Below, one piece after another: positions 25,630 through 37,390 of a stretch of 64,000 bases of DNA. The notes beneath the pieces are model-generated. The model worked only from the letters and a program-made list of their open reading frames with translations, did not search any database and had not been told where the DNA came from. The DNA lies in assembly GCF_006345805.1 (NCBI RefSeq), contig NC_043017.1:33790001-33854000 (forward strand), given 5' to 3'. Position 1 is the stretch's first letter. Every line of letters begins with the position of its first letter. The position numbers and the translations under genes were made by a program. The DNA comes from Octopus sinensis. Lineage: Eukaryota.

Positions 25630-28600
25630 TATTACTATTTTCGAAACGAAATGATGTATTTTGACTCGATATCATCTCCAGCTCTAACGCAACACATGTA
25701 AACATGCGTGAAACATCACGATCATCCCCGACCCCAAACACCATGTACAAAGAGAACTACGAAGAATTTAAATTGCCACCGATACTATTCAACCCAAGAA
25801 TAACAATCGAGCGGTACGTACATTAAACTTACAACAAAAAATGTACGAAAAACTACACGAGCGAAATAATGTGACAACAGAAATAAACGGACCGGTACCC
25901 TACGAAAATGACGACCGTCAAAATAATGGGCCGGACGTTGTACCTCATGTCCCGCAAATAAAACCCAAAAGACGTAAATGGACACGTGAGGAATACATTT
26001 CTATCTTACACGCATACTTCACAGCAGTACTCTACCAAAAAAATGAAAATACAACAACACATACATATAAAATATGGAAGGAAAATAATAGAGATATAGA
26101 CTTGGATACAGCAATGAACCCTAATAAATTAGCTAACGTACGAAGATACATTCTCAACACAAAAAAATATCAGAAATAGAAATAGAACACCTAAAAGAAA
26201 ACATACACCAGGAAAATGTAGATAGAAGCCACACAACAATGCCCAATAATGTAAACACTGAAACTGTAAAACACGAAGACAACGCAACATTCCCAACAAA
26301 CACGATGTAAACAACGAAGGGGAGCCTAATGATTATGATAATATAAAAAATAAAATAATCAAAGAACTGAAAACCACAGAGCTCAAAATGGACCACCGAC
26401 CATACCTCCCAAGAATCAAAATAAACGAAATAACAACACCTATCATAAACAGCATAAACCTAGCCGTCACTGAACTGATAGCCACTGAATAAAAAAAAAG
26501 TGATATCACTGAGCTAAATAACCTAATATACGCAGCAGCCACTGCAGCCACAAAAGAAGCTGGATACTCACCCAAACCCGCCCAAACGGAGTACTACCCC
26601 CAAACAAACCCTGTGGATAAATAACATCCAAAGCAAAATAAAAAAAATTAGAAAGACCTGTCGATTCTTATGAAATCAGCAAACAATTAACGCTACTGAG
26701 CAAAAAAAGAGAACAAAAATACTCCGCAAATATAACATCACAGAGAAAGATTTGCTGAAATAAAAGAAAAGCTGAAGCAAGACATCCTTGCCAAAGCACA
26801 AAGGATCGCCGGTACAAAAACGCCAACGCTTCTTTGAAGAAAACAAAAAGTTCAACTCCAACCCCAAAAAAGTTCTACCAAGAACTGGGCAAAATAAAAT
26901 AGAAGTCACTGCAGCACCAACGGCAGAAGAATTGGAAGAATTCTGGGGAGAAATATGGTCGGCGAACGAACCACCAAAAAAAAGGAGTATCAAAATAACA
27001 AACTCGGCATCTGAACAACTTTGGACCCCCATAACAACTGAAGAGGTCACCCAGGCACTGCAAAGACTAAGCAACTGGAAGGCACCTGGGCATGACAAGA
27101 TCCCCAACTTGGTTGAAATATCTAACAGGAATGCACAAAAGCTGGCTGAAAACTTTAACAACGTACTAGCAGAGCCAGAGACAATGCCTCAATGGCTCAC
27201 GAAGGGGAAAACCATCTTAATTCCCAAATCAAATGAAACAGAAAAAACAGAAAACTACAGACCAATAACCTGCCTCCCTACTATGTTCAAGGCATTTACT
27301 GCAGTGATATCACAAAGGCTGAACAAGCACCTGGAACGAAAACAAACTGTTCCCAGAAGAGCATAAAGGATGCCGCAAAGGCTCATATGGCTGTAAAGAT
27401 CAACTAATGATTAATAAAGCCATAACTGAAGACAGCCACAGAAAAGAAAAAGGCCTCAGTATGGCCTGGATGAATTACAAAAAGGCGTTTGATAGCATCC
27501 CCCACACATGGATCCTCGAACACTAGCCATTAACAAAGTAGCACCAACAATCATAAAATTCATAGAGCACTCTATGAATAATGGCAAACAGTCCACACCT
27601 CCAAACAAAAGAGGACTCATGAAAACCAAAGACATCCCCATTAGAAGAGGTATATTCCAGGGAGACACGCTCTCTCCACTCCTTTTCTGCTTGGCACTGT
27701 CACCTCTATCTGATATGCTAAATAGAACTGGATGCGGATATAATGTTACGGCAAAACGATCAGCCACCTTTTATATATGGATGACCTAAAACTATACGCT
27801 GCAAATGACAAACAGCTGGAAGCACTATTAAAAACAGTTCATGGATTTAACAAAGAATAGATATGAAATTTGGATTAGAAAAATGCGCCAAAGTAACCAT
27901 GAAAAGAGGAAAACTAGTTAAGAGTAACAACATCACACTAGATAAAACCAATGAAATAAAAGAATTAGACCAAAGCCAACTTACAATACTTAGGAATCCA
28001 TGAACTAGATAAGACACAACACACACAAATGAAAGAGAAATAAAAAAGAATATTATAGACGAGTTAGATCAATACTAAACACAGAGCTCAATGCTAAAAA
28101 CAAGATAATAGGTATCAACACTTTAGCTGTCCCAGTTATAAGTTACAGCTACAATATCCTTACTGGACACGAAATGAACTGACAAATTAGATAGGAAAAC
28201 AAGAAAAATAATGACAGGATCTAGGATGCATCACCCACAATCTGACATAGAAAGACTATATATACAACGTATAGAAGGTGGTAGAGGCCTTATACAGCTG
28301 GAAAACTACTATAAAATAACCACCATAGGACTGCAAAAATATCTACTTCAGAAGGAAGGAAAACTGATCCAGATAGTGGCAAAACACGAGCAAAACAAAA
28401 AACTGTTCTCAGTATTTAAGGAAGCTGACAAATACAAACAAGAAATCATACCACCTAATAAACATGAAGAAGAAGAAGAAGATGAAGAAACAACAAAAGC
28501 TATAAAACAAATGAAATCCAACTAAAATAGAACAGCAACGAACCATGATAAAACGATGGCAAGAAAAGCTCCTTCATGGTAATACTGGACTAACTAAACG

Positions 28601-29403
28601 CAAAAGAAATAGACAAGAAAAATCCCAGCAATGGTTGAGAAGCTCAGGACTCAAAGCAGAGACAGAGGGATTTTTAATTGCAGCACAAGACCAAAGCCTC
28701 CCCACCAGAAATTACCAAAAACATGTAATGAAAAGAAATATTACAAGTAACTGCAGAATGTGGAGATGGAACAGAAACAATAATCATATTATCTCTAGCT
28801 GCCCAGTCCTGGCTAAGAAGGAATATATTCACAGACATGACAGAGTTGGAACCTACATACTTGGAAGCTATGCCAACATTATGGAATAACAACAGAAAAA
28901 AGATGGTATAGGCACACACCAGAAAGGTCACAGAAAACGAGAAAGCAACCATACTCTGGGATATGCCGATACACACAGATAGAGAATTAAGGCCAACAGA
29001 CCATATATAGTTGTCAGAGATCATGAAGAAAAAAATGCTTTCTAATTGATGTATCAATACCGGCTGATGACAACGTGTCTCTAAAAGAAATGGAGAAACT
29101 CTCAAAATACAAAGACCTGGAAATAGAGGTAACTAGAATGTGGAATCTGAAAACAGAAACAATTCCTATCATAGTAGGTGCATTAGACATGATAAAAAAT
29201 ATTCAGACAAATACATAACAAAAACACCAGGACTTACAAACACATATAACATACAGAAAATGCACTACTAGCACTGCACACATCCTACGCAGAACACTTC
29301 CCTACAATAACCATCAGAGCATCACAACAAATCACAGCACATACCAAGGCACACAGAGCTGTGCTCGGTAGTGAAGTGAAAGCACGCTATAAAAATAAAA
29401 CTA

Positions 29404-29470
<67 letters not shown>
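25630..29470 (+). mobile_element. Near-full-length R4/Dong-clade REL non-LTR retrotransposon (5' boundary approximate)
   Basis: N-terminal KRRKWTREEY..., RT motifs WKAPGHDKIP, NYRPITCLPTMFK, GIFQGDTLSPLLFCLAL and LYMDDLKLY (27771-27797), C-terminal knuckle and REL domain, (AAT)n tail 29407-29470. Confidence 0.95.
25841..29330 (+). pseudogene. RT-REL polyprotein ORF of the R4/Dong element, broken by many small frameshifts
   Basis: Consecutive ORF pieces 25841-26179, 26788-27366, 27508-27789, 28211-28525 and 28545-28889 carry colinear RT/CCHC/REL motifs. Confidence 0.9.
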
Positions 29471-29640
29471 TGTTTGTCTCTTAGGACAGCAAGTATTATC
29501 AGGAGGTTCTGGAAGACTGGCGAAAGTTTGTGGATACCTAAGGTTACGGGTAATAACCCGCTTTCTATATAATTCCTACGAGGAATAAGACCGAACCTGA
29601 GCCAAAGCAAAATAATAATAACTATAATAATTATTATTAT
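29471..29640 (+). mobile_element. Short 3'-terminal fragment of another REL-type LINE next to the (AAT)n tail
   Basis: LSLRTASIIRRFW resembles the ALLGTARILRKVL-type C-terminus; followed by an acctaaggttacgggtaataacccgc UTR and an aat-rich tail. Confidence 0.5.
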
Positions 29641-29647
29641 CATTATT

Positions 29648-29822
29648 TCAAATTTTTACCACAAGTACATAGACCCCAGTTCGTAACTGGTACTTATCTA
29701 GTCCACCCCGAAGGATGAAAAGAAAAGTCAACATCGGTGGAATTCGATCTCGGAACGTAAAGACAAGCGAAATATCCTTAAACTCATCGCCCGGCAAGCT
29801 AATGATTTTGCCAGTTCGCTAC
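29648..29822 (-). mobile_element. SINE family A, diverged
   Basis: Reverse complement gives gaactggcaaaatcattagcttgccgggcg...ccaccgatgttgacttttctttcatcc. Confidence 0.75.
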
Positions 29823-30009
29823 CTTTAGCAATATAGTAATAATAACGACAACAATATATGTAAATATATTTGTATATACCGACCTACCTACATACATACA
29901 TACATACATATATGTGTGTGTGTGTATGTATGTATGTAGGTAGGTAGATATGTACAACATATATCTCTGCATATATAATGCACTTATATGAATGTGTGTA
30001 CAGCTGCTT

Positions 30010-30055
<46 letters not shown>

Positions 30056-30134
30056 CATACATATATACATAAATATATACATATATATATACATATATAC
30101 ATAAATATATACATATATATATATATATTTATAT

Positions 30135-30175
<41 letters not shown>

Positions 30176-30657
30176 CAGATGTACATACATTCATATAAGT
30201 ATATATATATATATGTATACACACACATACACACACACAAACACACACTCGGACATATACACATATGAATGTATATGAATAGCGGTTCTAGGAAACGTTG
30301 GGTGAACATACATATGAATTAGACTTATATTCATAATACATCAGACATCTGAGGTAAATGAATTCTTAAATGTGTTGAAGCGGTGCCTACAAACTTCACA
30401 CTTTTCTACACATTTGTTCGACGTAATAGGTATTCCACTTAGTATGCAAGAAGACAAGTCCAGCTGTCAGAGAAAACCGAGTGCACACCACTGGTTAATT
30501 TATCTCCTCGCACACAAATTGGCAGGTTACCAAACAATCGCATTCCCAATGTACATAAACTGATTACCGTGATGATGCCTGTCTCTGCCGTATAAATATG
30601 TGTGGCTTTGTGTGTGTGTCCCTCTATATACACATACACACACACACGCATATACAT

Positions 30658-30688
<31 letters not shown>

Positions 30689-31656
30689 ACAATACACGCA
30701 TATATATACGTGTGTATGTGAACATAAACATATGCATATAGATATATTTACATATACGTCTATACGTATATATACCTATGTATGCGTGCATATACATGTA
30801 TATATGTATGTGTGTGTATATATGTATGTAATATATATATATATATATATGTGTAAATATATATACGCACATATATACATACACACACACATATATATAA
30901 TATATATATGTACATATATATATATACATGCATACATATATATAAATATATATATACATATAAAAATATATATGTATATAAATATACATATGCACATATA
31001 TACATACACATATATATATATGTATATATATATATATGTATACATACATACACATATATATATTTGTGTGTGTTTTTATGTGTGTGTTTTTGTGTGTGTT
31101 TCTGCGTGTGTGTATGCACGCGCATGATAAGTTTATATTTAAGAACACAGGTGTTTCTAAATGATACACAATTATTTATTTGAGAATCTCCATGCAATTG
31201 TATATAAAACTATGGAATTATATACATATTCATTATTGCGCTATAGCAGATTCTGCAATACGGAAATATATTAGCTTTACTTCATGTGCATTTCTGTTGC
31301 GTAAGTAAAATATGAGACGTAGATGAGCATTTCTCGGTGCCATTTTTGTGGAACCGTACTTACAATTTAAAGAGCCTGCTTTTGACACGATGATACTTGC
31401 AGATGATTACCGTTGCAGTCCAATTATAATTTTTTACGGAAGTACACACTGCCTAATTCACTAAGCAGTCGGTTCAGTTAATGGAACAAATACAGTACCC
31501 ACCATGTTCATAGGCTTAAATACCTATTTTCTGTTTTATTATTTGAAATACAATTGGAAATATACGCATGTAATGTGTGTGGGTGTATATATGCGTGTGT
31601 ATATGTGTGTATATATACATGTGTGTGTATGTGTGTGTGTGTGTGTGTGTGTGTAT

Positions 31657-32170
31657 GATGGCTTCTCTTGTTGTGAACGACAAATGAGGGTTCAGTAAAG
31701 TAAAGCTTTAATCGTGTTCTATGGACAGGAATGTGTCTTCTGAAGTCTGCTGTTGCCTTGCAAACATTTTGGCAAATGGACCAAGTTGAGGACTCAGTTT
31801 GTTTGAGTGCTTGTGGATCATTCACTATGGGTTTTCTTGAGTGGACGGCAAGGCCTGCTTTGCTTCATACTAAAAATCCATAATGACAGGTAAGGTTTCC
31901 ATTTAGAGGGGCAGCGTTTTGCCAGCGTGCCTTCATGCTTGCACAAAGTTGGTCCCCATGCTGGAGTTGACTTTGCTCAAATGTTTGAACTGAGGGCTGG
32001 CGTCAGGTCCTGCGTTCTTATGCTTTGTTTTCCCTGGAAGAAAAAGGAATGTTGCATCGCTTCAAATGGTCGTTTAGTTCGTCTTTCATGAGCAAGAATG
32101 GCCTTATAACTGACCTTCCTCTTGGGAATTGGCTAAAGAGAAGCTGTTTTGGAATCCTGAAATTACTCGT
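31657..32170 (-). mobile_element. RTE-clade LINE 3' fragment with C-terminal zinc-finger-like motifs
   Basis: IPKQLLFSQFPRGRSVIRPFLLMKDELNDHLKRCNI...ENKA*ERRT*RQ...TCHYGFLV*SKAGLAVHSRK...SICQNVCKATADFRRHIPVH follows the RTE C-terminal pattern PKQLLY.EL..G.R..GRP...KD. Confidence 0.75.
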
Positions 32171-32305
32171 GTGCGAGAGATGACCTAATTATCTAAGCTG
32201 TATTTAGATGTGAGCACATAAACGGGAAACAAGATGGAAAAATAAATACTCGAAAACCAGAGGTAGAGTAATGTACTTTATTAATAATGCCACAAAGATA
32301 TCGCA

Positions 32306-32351
32306 AAAACTGTTACTCAGAGTTTCATGCTCCCGTTCGTCGAACACTTTT
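32306..32351 (-). ncRNA. Hammerhead-like motif H3, minus copy
   Basis: aaaagugu-UCGACGA-acg[ggag]cau-GAAAC-UCUGAGU-A-acaguuuu; a few decay substitutions. Confidence 0.55.
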
Positions 32352-32363
32352 GGTTTCTCAACC

Positions 32364-32409
32364 AAAACTGTCCGACGAACGGGAACGTGGAACTCTGAGT
32401 AACTGTCTT
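32364..32409 (+). ncRNA. Hammerhead-like motif H3, plus copy (CCGACGA core, U4C)
   Basis: aaaacugu-CCGACGA-acg[ggaa]cgu-GGAAC-UCUGAGU-A-acuguc; stem II intact, A13 mutated. Confidence 0.55.
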
Positions 32410-32535
32410 TGCGATGTCTTTGCAGTTTTTTAATAAAGTATAAAAATAGAAAGAGGAAAGGTCCAAGGAAGGGAAGACGGAGAAAGAAAATCGCCAGCAA
32501 TACACACGCGGTCACACACACACACACACAAAATA

Positions 32536-32577
<42 letters not shown>

Positions 32578-32671
32578 TTAATAAGGGTGAGAGAATTAGA
32601 TACTAATTTATAGATACTAATTTAATAGTATTTGGTGCTAGAGTGAGCCATATAGTGACCACTCTCTTATA

Positions 32672-32715
<44 letters not shown>

Positions 32716-33399
32716 TTATATTTATATTTATATTTGTATTTATATGATCAGAGAGACACGAGAGAATGACTAGTAGATAGACGCATGAATTCAACGTAAG
32801 ACTGGGAGGTGTATGCACATTAACAGAGTGAATTAGAAGCTGGAGAAGGAATAATAATAAATATCAGGAATTATGAGCAAATATAAATCTTAAAAGAGCT
32901 GATTCTTGACTTAAAATAATTTCACCATTTTCTCACAGGTTAATATCCCACCAAATCCTTCTAAAAATACATCTACTTATCAAATTTCCTGTGGTTATTG
33001 TCAAACTTTATTAGGCTGCAACTTCCATTAAATAACTTTATAGAATTATACAAGTATATAGTAAAGTGTGACACAGAAGATACTTTTTTCTTTTCCGATC
33101 CTAAAATAGTGCAGTATTATTTTCAAATAGTACAATGGATGCAGTTTTATCATTTTCAAAAGGGAAAATAATGTAGGACTTCATTTGAAAAATTAAATGA
33201 TTTTGCACAGGAACAATATTATCGAAAGAGACGGGATAACTGATGAGGGCTTAGCATTTCTGCGCCCTGTAGTGATTTTTCTGTGTGTTCCTATGTTGTC
33301 GTTCTGTTACACTTATTATTTAATGAAACATCATGCACCCACTTTTTTCTCACTTTCTGTGATACTCCATACAGCGAGTAATATTTGGTGCAACGAGAC

Positions 33400-33590
33400 G
33401 GAGAGCTGGCAGAAATTTTAGCTCGCTGGGCAAAATGTATTTCGTTCATCTGAACGCTTTGAGTTCAATTTCCGCAGAGATCACCTTTGTCTGTAATCGT
33501 CAGAGGATTGAGGAAATAAGTACCAGTTGAACACTGTTATCGATGTAAACCACTTAACCCTCTTTTGCAAATTGCAATATTAATCTGAAA
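33400..33590 (+). mobile_element. SINE family A, diverged
   Basis: gagagctggcagaaattttagctcgctgggcaaaatg...ttgagttcaatttccgcagagatcacctttg. Confidence 0.65.
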
Positions 33591-33826
33591 CCAATATTAT
33601 GTGTGATCATACACACACACACACTCTCTCTTTCTTTATCTCTCTCTCTCTCTCTTCTGTCTATCTTGACTTTCTTATCACCTTACCTCTCTTTTGCCCT
33701 TTCTAACTACCTCATTCATTTTATCATTCTCCATCCCTCTTCTCACTTGTTCTTTCTCTACAAGCCCTTGTATGTCCTTCTTTCCCTCCTTCTTTCTTTT
33801 TTCTTTCTATTTATCTGGTTTAACAA

Positions 33827-33865
<39 letters not shown>

Positions 33866-33910
33866 ATTTATTACATATATATATATATACATATATATAT
33901 CATATTATAT

Positions 33911-33941
<31 letters not shown>

Positions 33942-34118
33942 TTTGATACTGGGTTGGGCCAACTCTTTTCTTACAATTTCCGGTCTCCGAGAGTTTTTTC
34001 TTTTAAGTATATGAATATTCTACAGTGACCCGATCCTTAAATAAGGAATCCGGCACCCAAAAAGGAAGAGAGAAAAGGGGTATTCCCTGTAAGTTAGGAA
34101 CATATTCCCTCAAATAAT

Positions 34119-34171
<53 letters not shown>

Positions 34172-34175
<4 letters not shown>

Positions 34176-34382
34176 GGAGATCGATCGTTAGCTCCTACAC
34201 GCATTTTTTTCTCTCCTTGTTTCTTCCTTGGATTTTTTCTGTGTATCTTTCTGTCGAAGAGCGTAGGCTCGAAACGTAAAAGACTTGTTCTATTTCTATT
34301 CCTGAGCGCCATACTAATACATTTGTTTGTTTGTACTCCACCTGCCTTCGTCTTTTGTTTATTTTCGTAAACCTTCCCGTTA
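34172..34382 (+). mobile_element. ~210-bp hammerhead-bearing element, family H4, copy 1, in (TA)n
   Basis: Colinear with the reverse complements of 40385-40575 and 43649-43840. Confidence 0.9.
34246..34283 (+). ncRNA. Ultra-minimal hammerhead-like motif H4 (CUGUCGA core, A6U)
   Basis: ucuuu-CUGUCGA-a-gagc[guag]gcuc-GAAAC-GUA-aaaga; stem III is only the ACGU palindrome. Confidence 0.65.
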
Positions 34383-34477
34383 TATATATGCACACATACA
34401 TATATGTATATATATATTTGTATATATATGTGAGCGTGTATGTGTGTATGTAAATATATAGATATACATACATTTAT

Positions 34478-34680
34478 ACCAGAGTAAGCACGTAAATGCG
34501 AAACAAGGTGGGAAAAATAGTACTCGAATACCAGAGGTAAAGTAATTTGCTTTACTAAAAAGCAGCAGAAATATCACAAAAACTGTTACATGTTCCCAAA
34601 CAAAACTGTCCGACGAACAAGAACATGAAACTCTGAGTAACAGTTTTTGTGATATTTCTACTGCTTTTTAATAAATACAT
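34478..34680. mobile_element. Family H3 repeat, second copy (left hammerhead partly deleted)
   Basis: aaaaagcagcagaaatatcacaaaaactgttac pairs with gtaacagtttttgtgatatttctactgcttttt. Confidence 0.85.
34602..34647 (+). ncRNA. Hammerhead-like motif H3, third copy
   Basis: aaaacugu-CCGACGA-aca[agaa]cau-GAAAC-UCUGAGU-A-acaguuuu; perfect 8-bp stem I; stem II disrupted by CpG-type changes. Confidence 0.55.
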
Positions 34681-34790
34681 ACATTTATGTATATATATAT
34701 ATATACTACTAATATAGGATGAAGTTTTATTACAGAAAAAAATTCCATCAAAAATGTGGCAGCATATTAAAATACCTTTAAGGTTAAAAT

Positions 34791-35109
34791 TATAAACAAC
34801 TTATAAATAAGGGCTAAAGAAAATTATTTTTATGCCAATATGCTGATAACAGACTTTTAAATCGTCAATTTCCACATATTATTTACTCGCTACAGAAAAC
34901 ACGTAGAGCTGAAAACGAGGAAAGCCAGCCAATAATTTCTTTTTTAAATTACGTGCTTTTTAAAAAAAATTCTATTGGCTGGCTTTCCTCGTTTTCAGCT
35001 CCACGTGTTTTCTGTAGCAAGTAAATAATATGTGGAAATTGACGATTTAAAAGTCTGTTATCAGCATATTGGCATAGAAATAATTTTCTTTAACCCTTAT
35101 TTATAAGTT

Positions 35110-35116
<7 letters not shown>
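34791..35116. repeat. 326-bp near-perfect palindrome (144-bp arms)
   Basis: 34791-34934 versus 34973-35116, about 4 mismatches by eye; the spacer is itself partly self-complementary; the right end abuts (TA)n. Confidence 0.95.
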
Positions 35117-35174
<58 letters not shown>

Positions 35175-35234
35175 CATATGTACATACACACACACGCACA
35201 CATTATATGTAAAATCATATCGTTTCACTGATCC

Positions 35235-35455
35235 CATCAGTTGTACTGTCCATTTCTATGTTTGACCCCTGGTGGGCAATAAAGAAATTGGTAGTTCGTC
35301 CGTCTTTATGTTCTGAGTTCAAAATCCACCGAGGTTGACTTTGATTTTCTCCTTTAGGGGTTCGATAAATTAAGTACCAGTTGCGTACTGAGGTTAATCT
35401 AATTGACTGGCCCCCTCCACTAAAATTTCGGGCCTTGTTCCTTGAGTAGAAAAGA
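35235..35455 (+). mobile_element. SINE family A, rearranged/partial
   Basis: A tail fragment (ggtgggcaataaagaaa) is followed by body ttctgagttcaaaatccaccgaggttgactttg. Confidence 0.7.
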
Positions 35456-36304
35456 ATATATATGTTATTGAGAAATCATAATGGAATACGAACTTAGAAT
35501 TTACTACATGAATTTATAACTTATAATTGACCTCCCAGTTACACTACTCTTCACACACTATGTACCATACTATTAAATACCACATTACACAGAAAGGAAT
35601 GTAAAGTAGAATTTTTTTTTAAATTATCTTTTAAAAGCACGTTTTAAATTCAATATTTTTTGCACATGTGATATTTGTGTTATTTTATATTCAGTATTTT
35701 AATTGTTTTTTGTTTGTTTGTTTTTTTTTCGAAATATGCATTTGCTACGGTTTAATACAACGATTGCTAATTTCATTGAATTCTTCGTTTAATAAATCGA
35801 AATTTATTTCAAATTTAGTGACTAAATCATATCTCTAAATTACGATAAAATTAACTCCGTGAAATGAAAATATGAATTGAAATTAATTATATCCTACCAC
35901 GATGAAGAATTTAATTAAATTTACTTCAATTTAAATCAAACTGGAAATTGATTTCTGTCAAAGACTGAAACTTTGCCGTTGCAGAAATCTTTAATTATTA
36001 TAGGAGTGATGGTAGGGAAACGAAGGAGAGAATATTATCTCCAATGCACTACTAGCCGCAACTGACTTTAAGTTGGAGCATGAAATTGAAGGAATTATCT
36101 GAATACATAGCAGAGATAGTTTCACCGCTTACTTCTTTAATGATATTGCCAACGAAGTTACATACATGCAATATACGCCTGGCTTATATTAGTACAGTAT
36201 GATACGAAGCGTCTTGTTAAGTGAATAGTCAATGCCCATGCATACGAAGTTAATTGACGAAAAAACATAACTAGTTGGATGACAAATACACTATTTCAAA
36301 TAAA

Positions 36305-36537
36305 TATTTCTTTACTACCCACAAGGGGCTAAACACAGAGGGGACAAACAAGGACAGACAAACGGAATAAGTCGATTACATCGACCCCAATGCGTAACTG
36401 GTACTTAATTTATCGACCCCGAAAGGATGAAAGGCAAAGTCGACCTGGGCGGAATTTGAACTCAGAACGTAACGGCAGACGAAATACTGCTACGCATTTC
36501 GCCCGGCGTGCTAACGTTTCTGCCAGTTCGCCGCCTT
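36305..36537 (-). mobile_element. SINE family A, full length
   Basis: Reverse complement aaggcggcgaactggcagaaacgttagcacgccgggcgaaatgcg...gtgggtagtaaagaaata. Confidence 0.95.
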
Positions 36538-36665
36538 CCTCTAAAAATGTTCAACGTACTAACAATTCTGCCAGCACGTTGCTTTTTTCACTATTTCAAA
36601 TATAATAAGGGGGAGAGTATTGTTACATGAATCATATCATTGTCAGATCAAATCTGGAGCAGTTT

Positions 36666-36897
36666 AAGGCGGCGAGCTGGCGGAACTGTTACTACGCCGG
36701 GCGAAATGCGTAGCCTTATTTCGTCTGCCGTTACGTTCTGAGTTCAAATTCCGCCAAGTCGACTTTGCCTTTCATCCTTTCGGGGCCGATAAATTAAGTA
36801 CCAGTTACGCGCTGGGATCGATGTAATCGACTTAATTCGTTTGTATGTCCTTGTTTGTCCCCTCTGTGTTTATACCCTTGTGGGTAGTAAAAAAATA
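36666..36897 (+). mobile_element. SINE family A, full length
   Basis: aaggcggcgagctggcggaactgttactacgccgggcgaaatgcg...gtgggtagtaaaaaaata. Confidence 0.95.
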
Positions 36898-37069
36898 AAT
36901 ATGGAGCAGTTTCCTGCAGGAGATTTTTATGAATGATTTAGTATTCTGTATCAGGGGGTTGTGTAACAAATATTTATTTTGCTAAGCAAAGGATTTTCTG
37001 GAAAGTACTTTCATTCATTATTTGTCATAATTTGCGCAGATGTTGTTCCAGGTTCAGTTTGTATATGGT

Positions 37070-37390
37070 ATGCGCCACATTCAAGTTCTGCCGAATTCGA
37101 ATGTGCTTTTCACCTTTTAGGTGCCGTTAAAATAAGCACTAGTTGATCACTGGGATTGATATAATCGACTTACTCCCTATTCCGAACTTACTGGCCTTAT
37201 GACTAAATTTTAAACCGTCATTATTATTATTTTCATGAGGGCAGCGAACTGGCACAATCGTTAATCCGCTTTACGGCATTTCGTCTACCTTTACGATCTC
37301 AATCCAAATTCCGCCCAGGTCGACTTTGTTTTTCATCGTTTAAGGGTCGATAAAATAAGTAGATGTGGAACACTAGGGTCGACGTAAAAC
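37070..37390 (+). mobile_element. Two adjacent diverged SINE family A fragments
   Basis: ttcaagttctgccgaattcgaatgtgcttttcacc at about 37080 and gggcagcgaactggcacaatcgtt...caggtcgactttg at about 37237. Confidence 0.7.

Larger units (their letters stand above)
32205..32445. mobile_element. Repeat with ~167-nt foldback carrying back-to-back hammerhead motifs (family H3)
   Basis: 32274-32355 pairs with 32360-32440; the upstream gaaacaag.tggaaaaata.tactcgaa.accagaggta is shared with 34480-34545. Confidence 0.85.
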
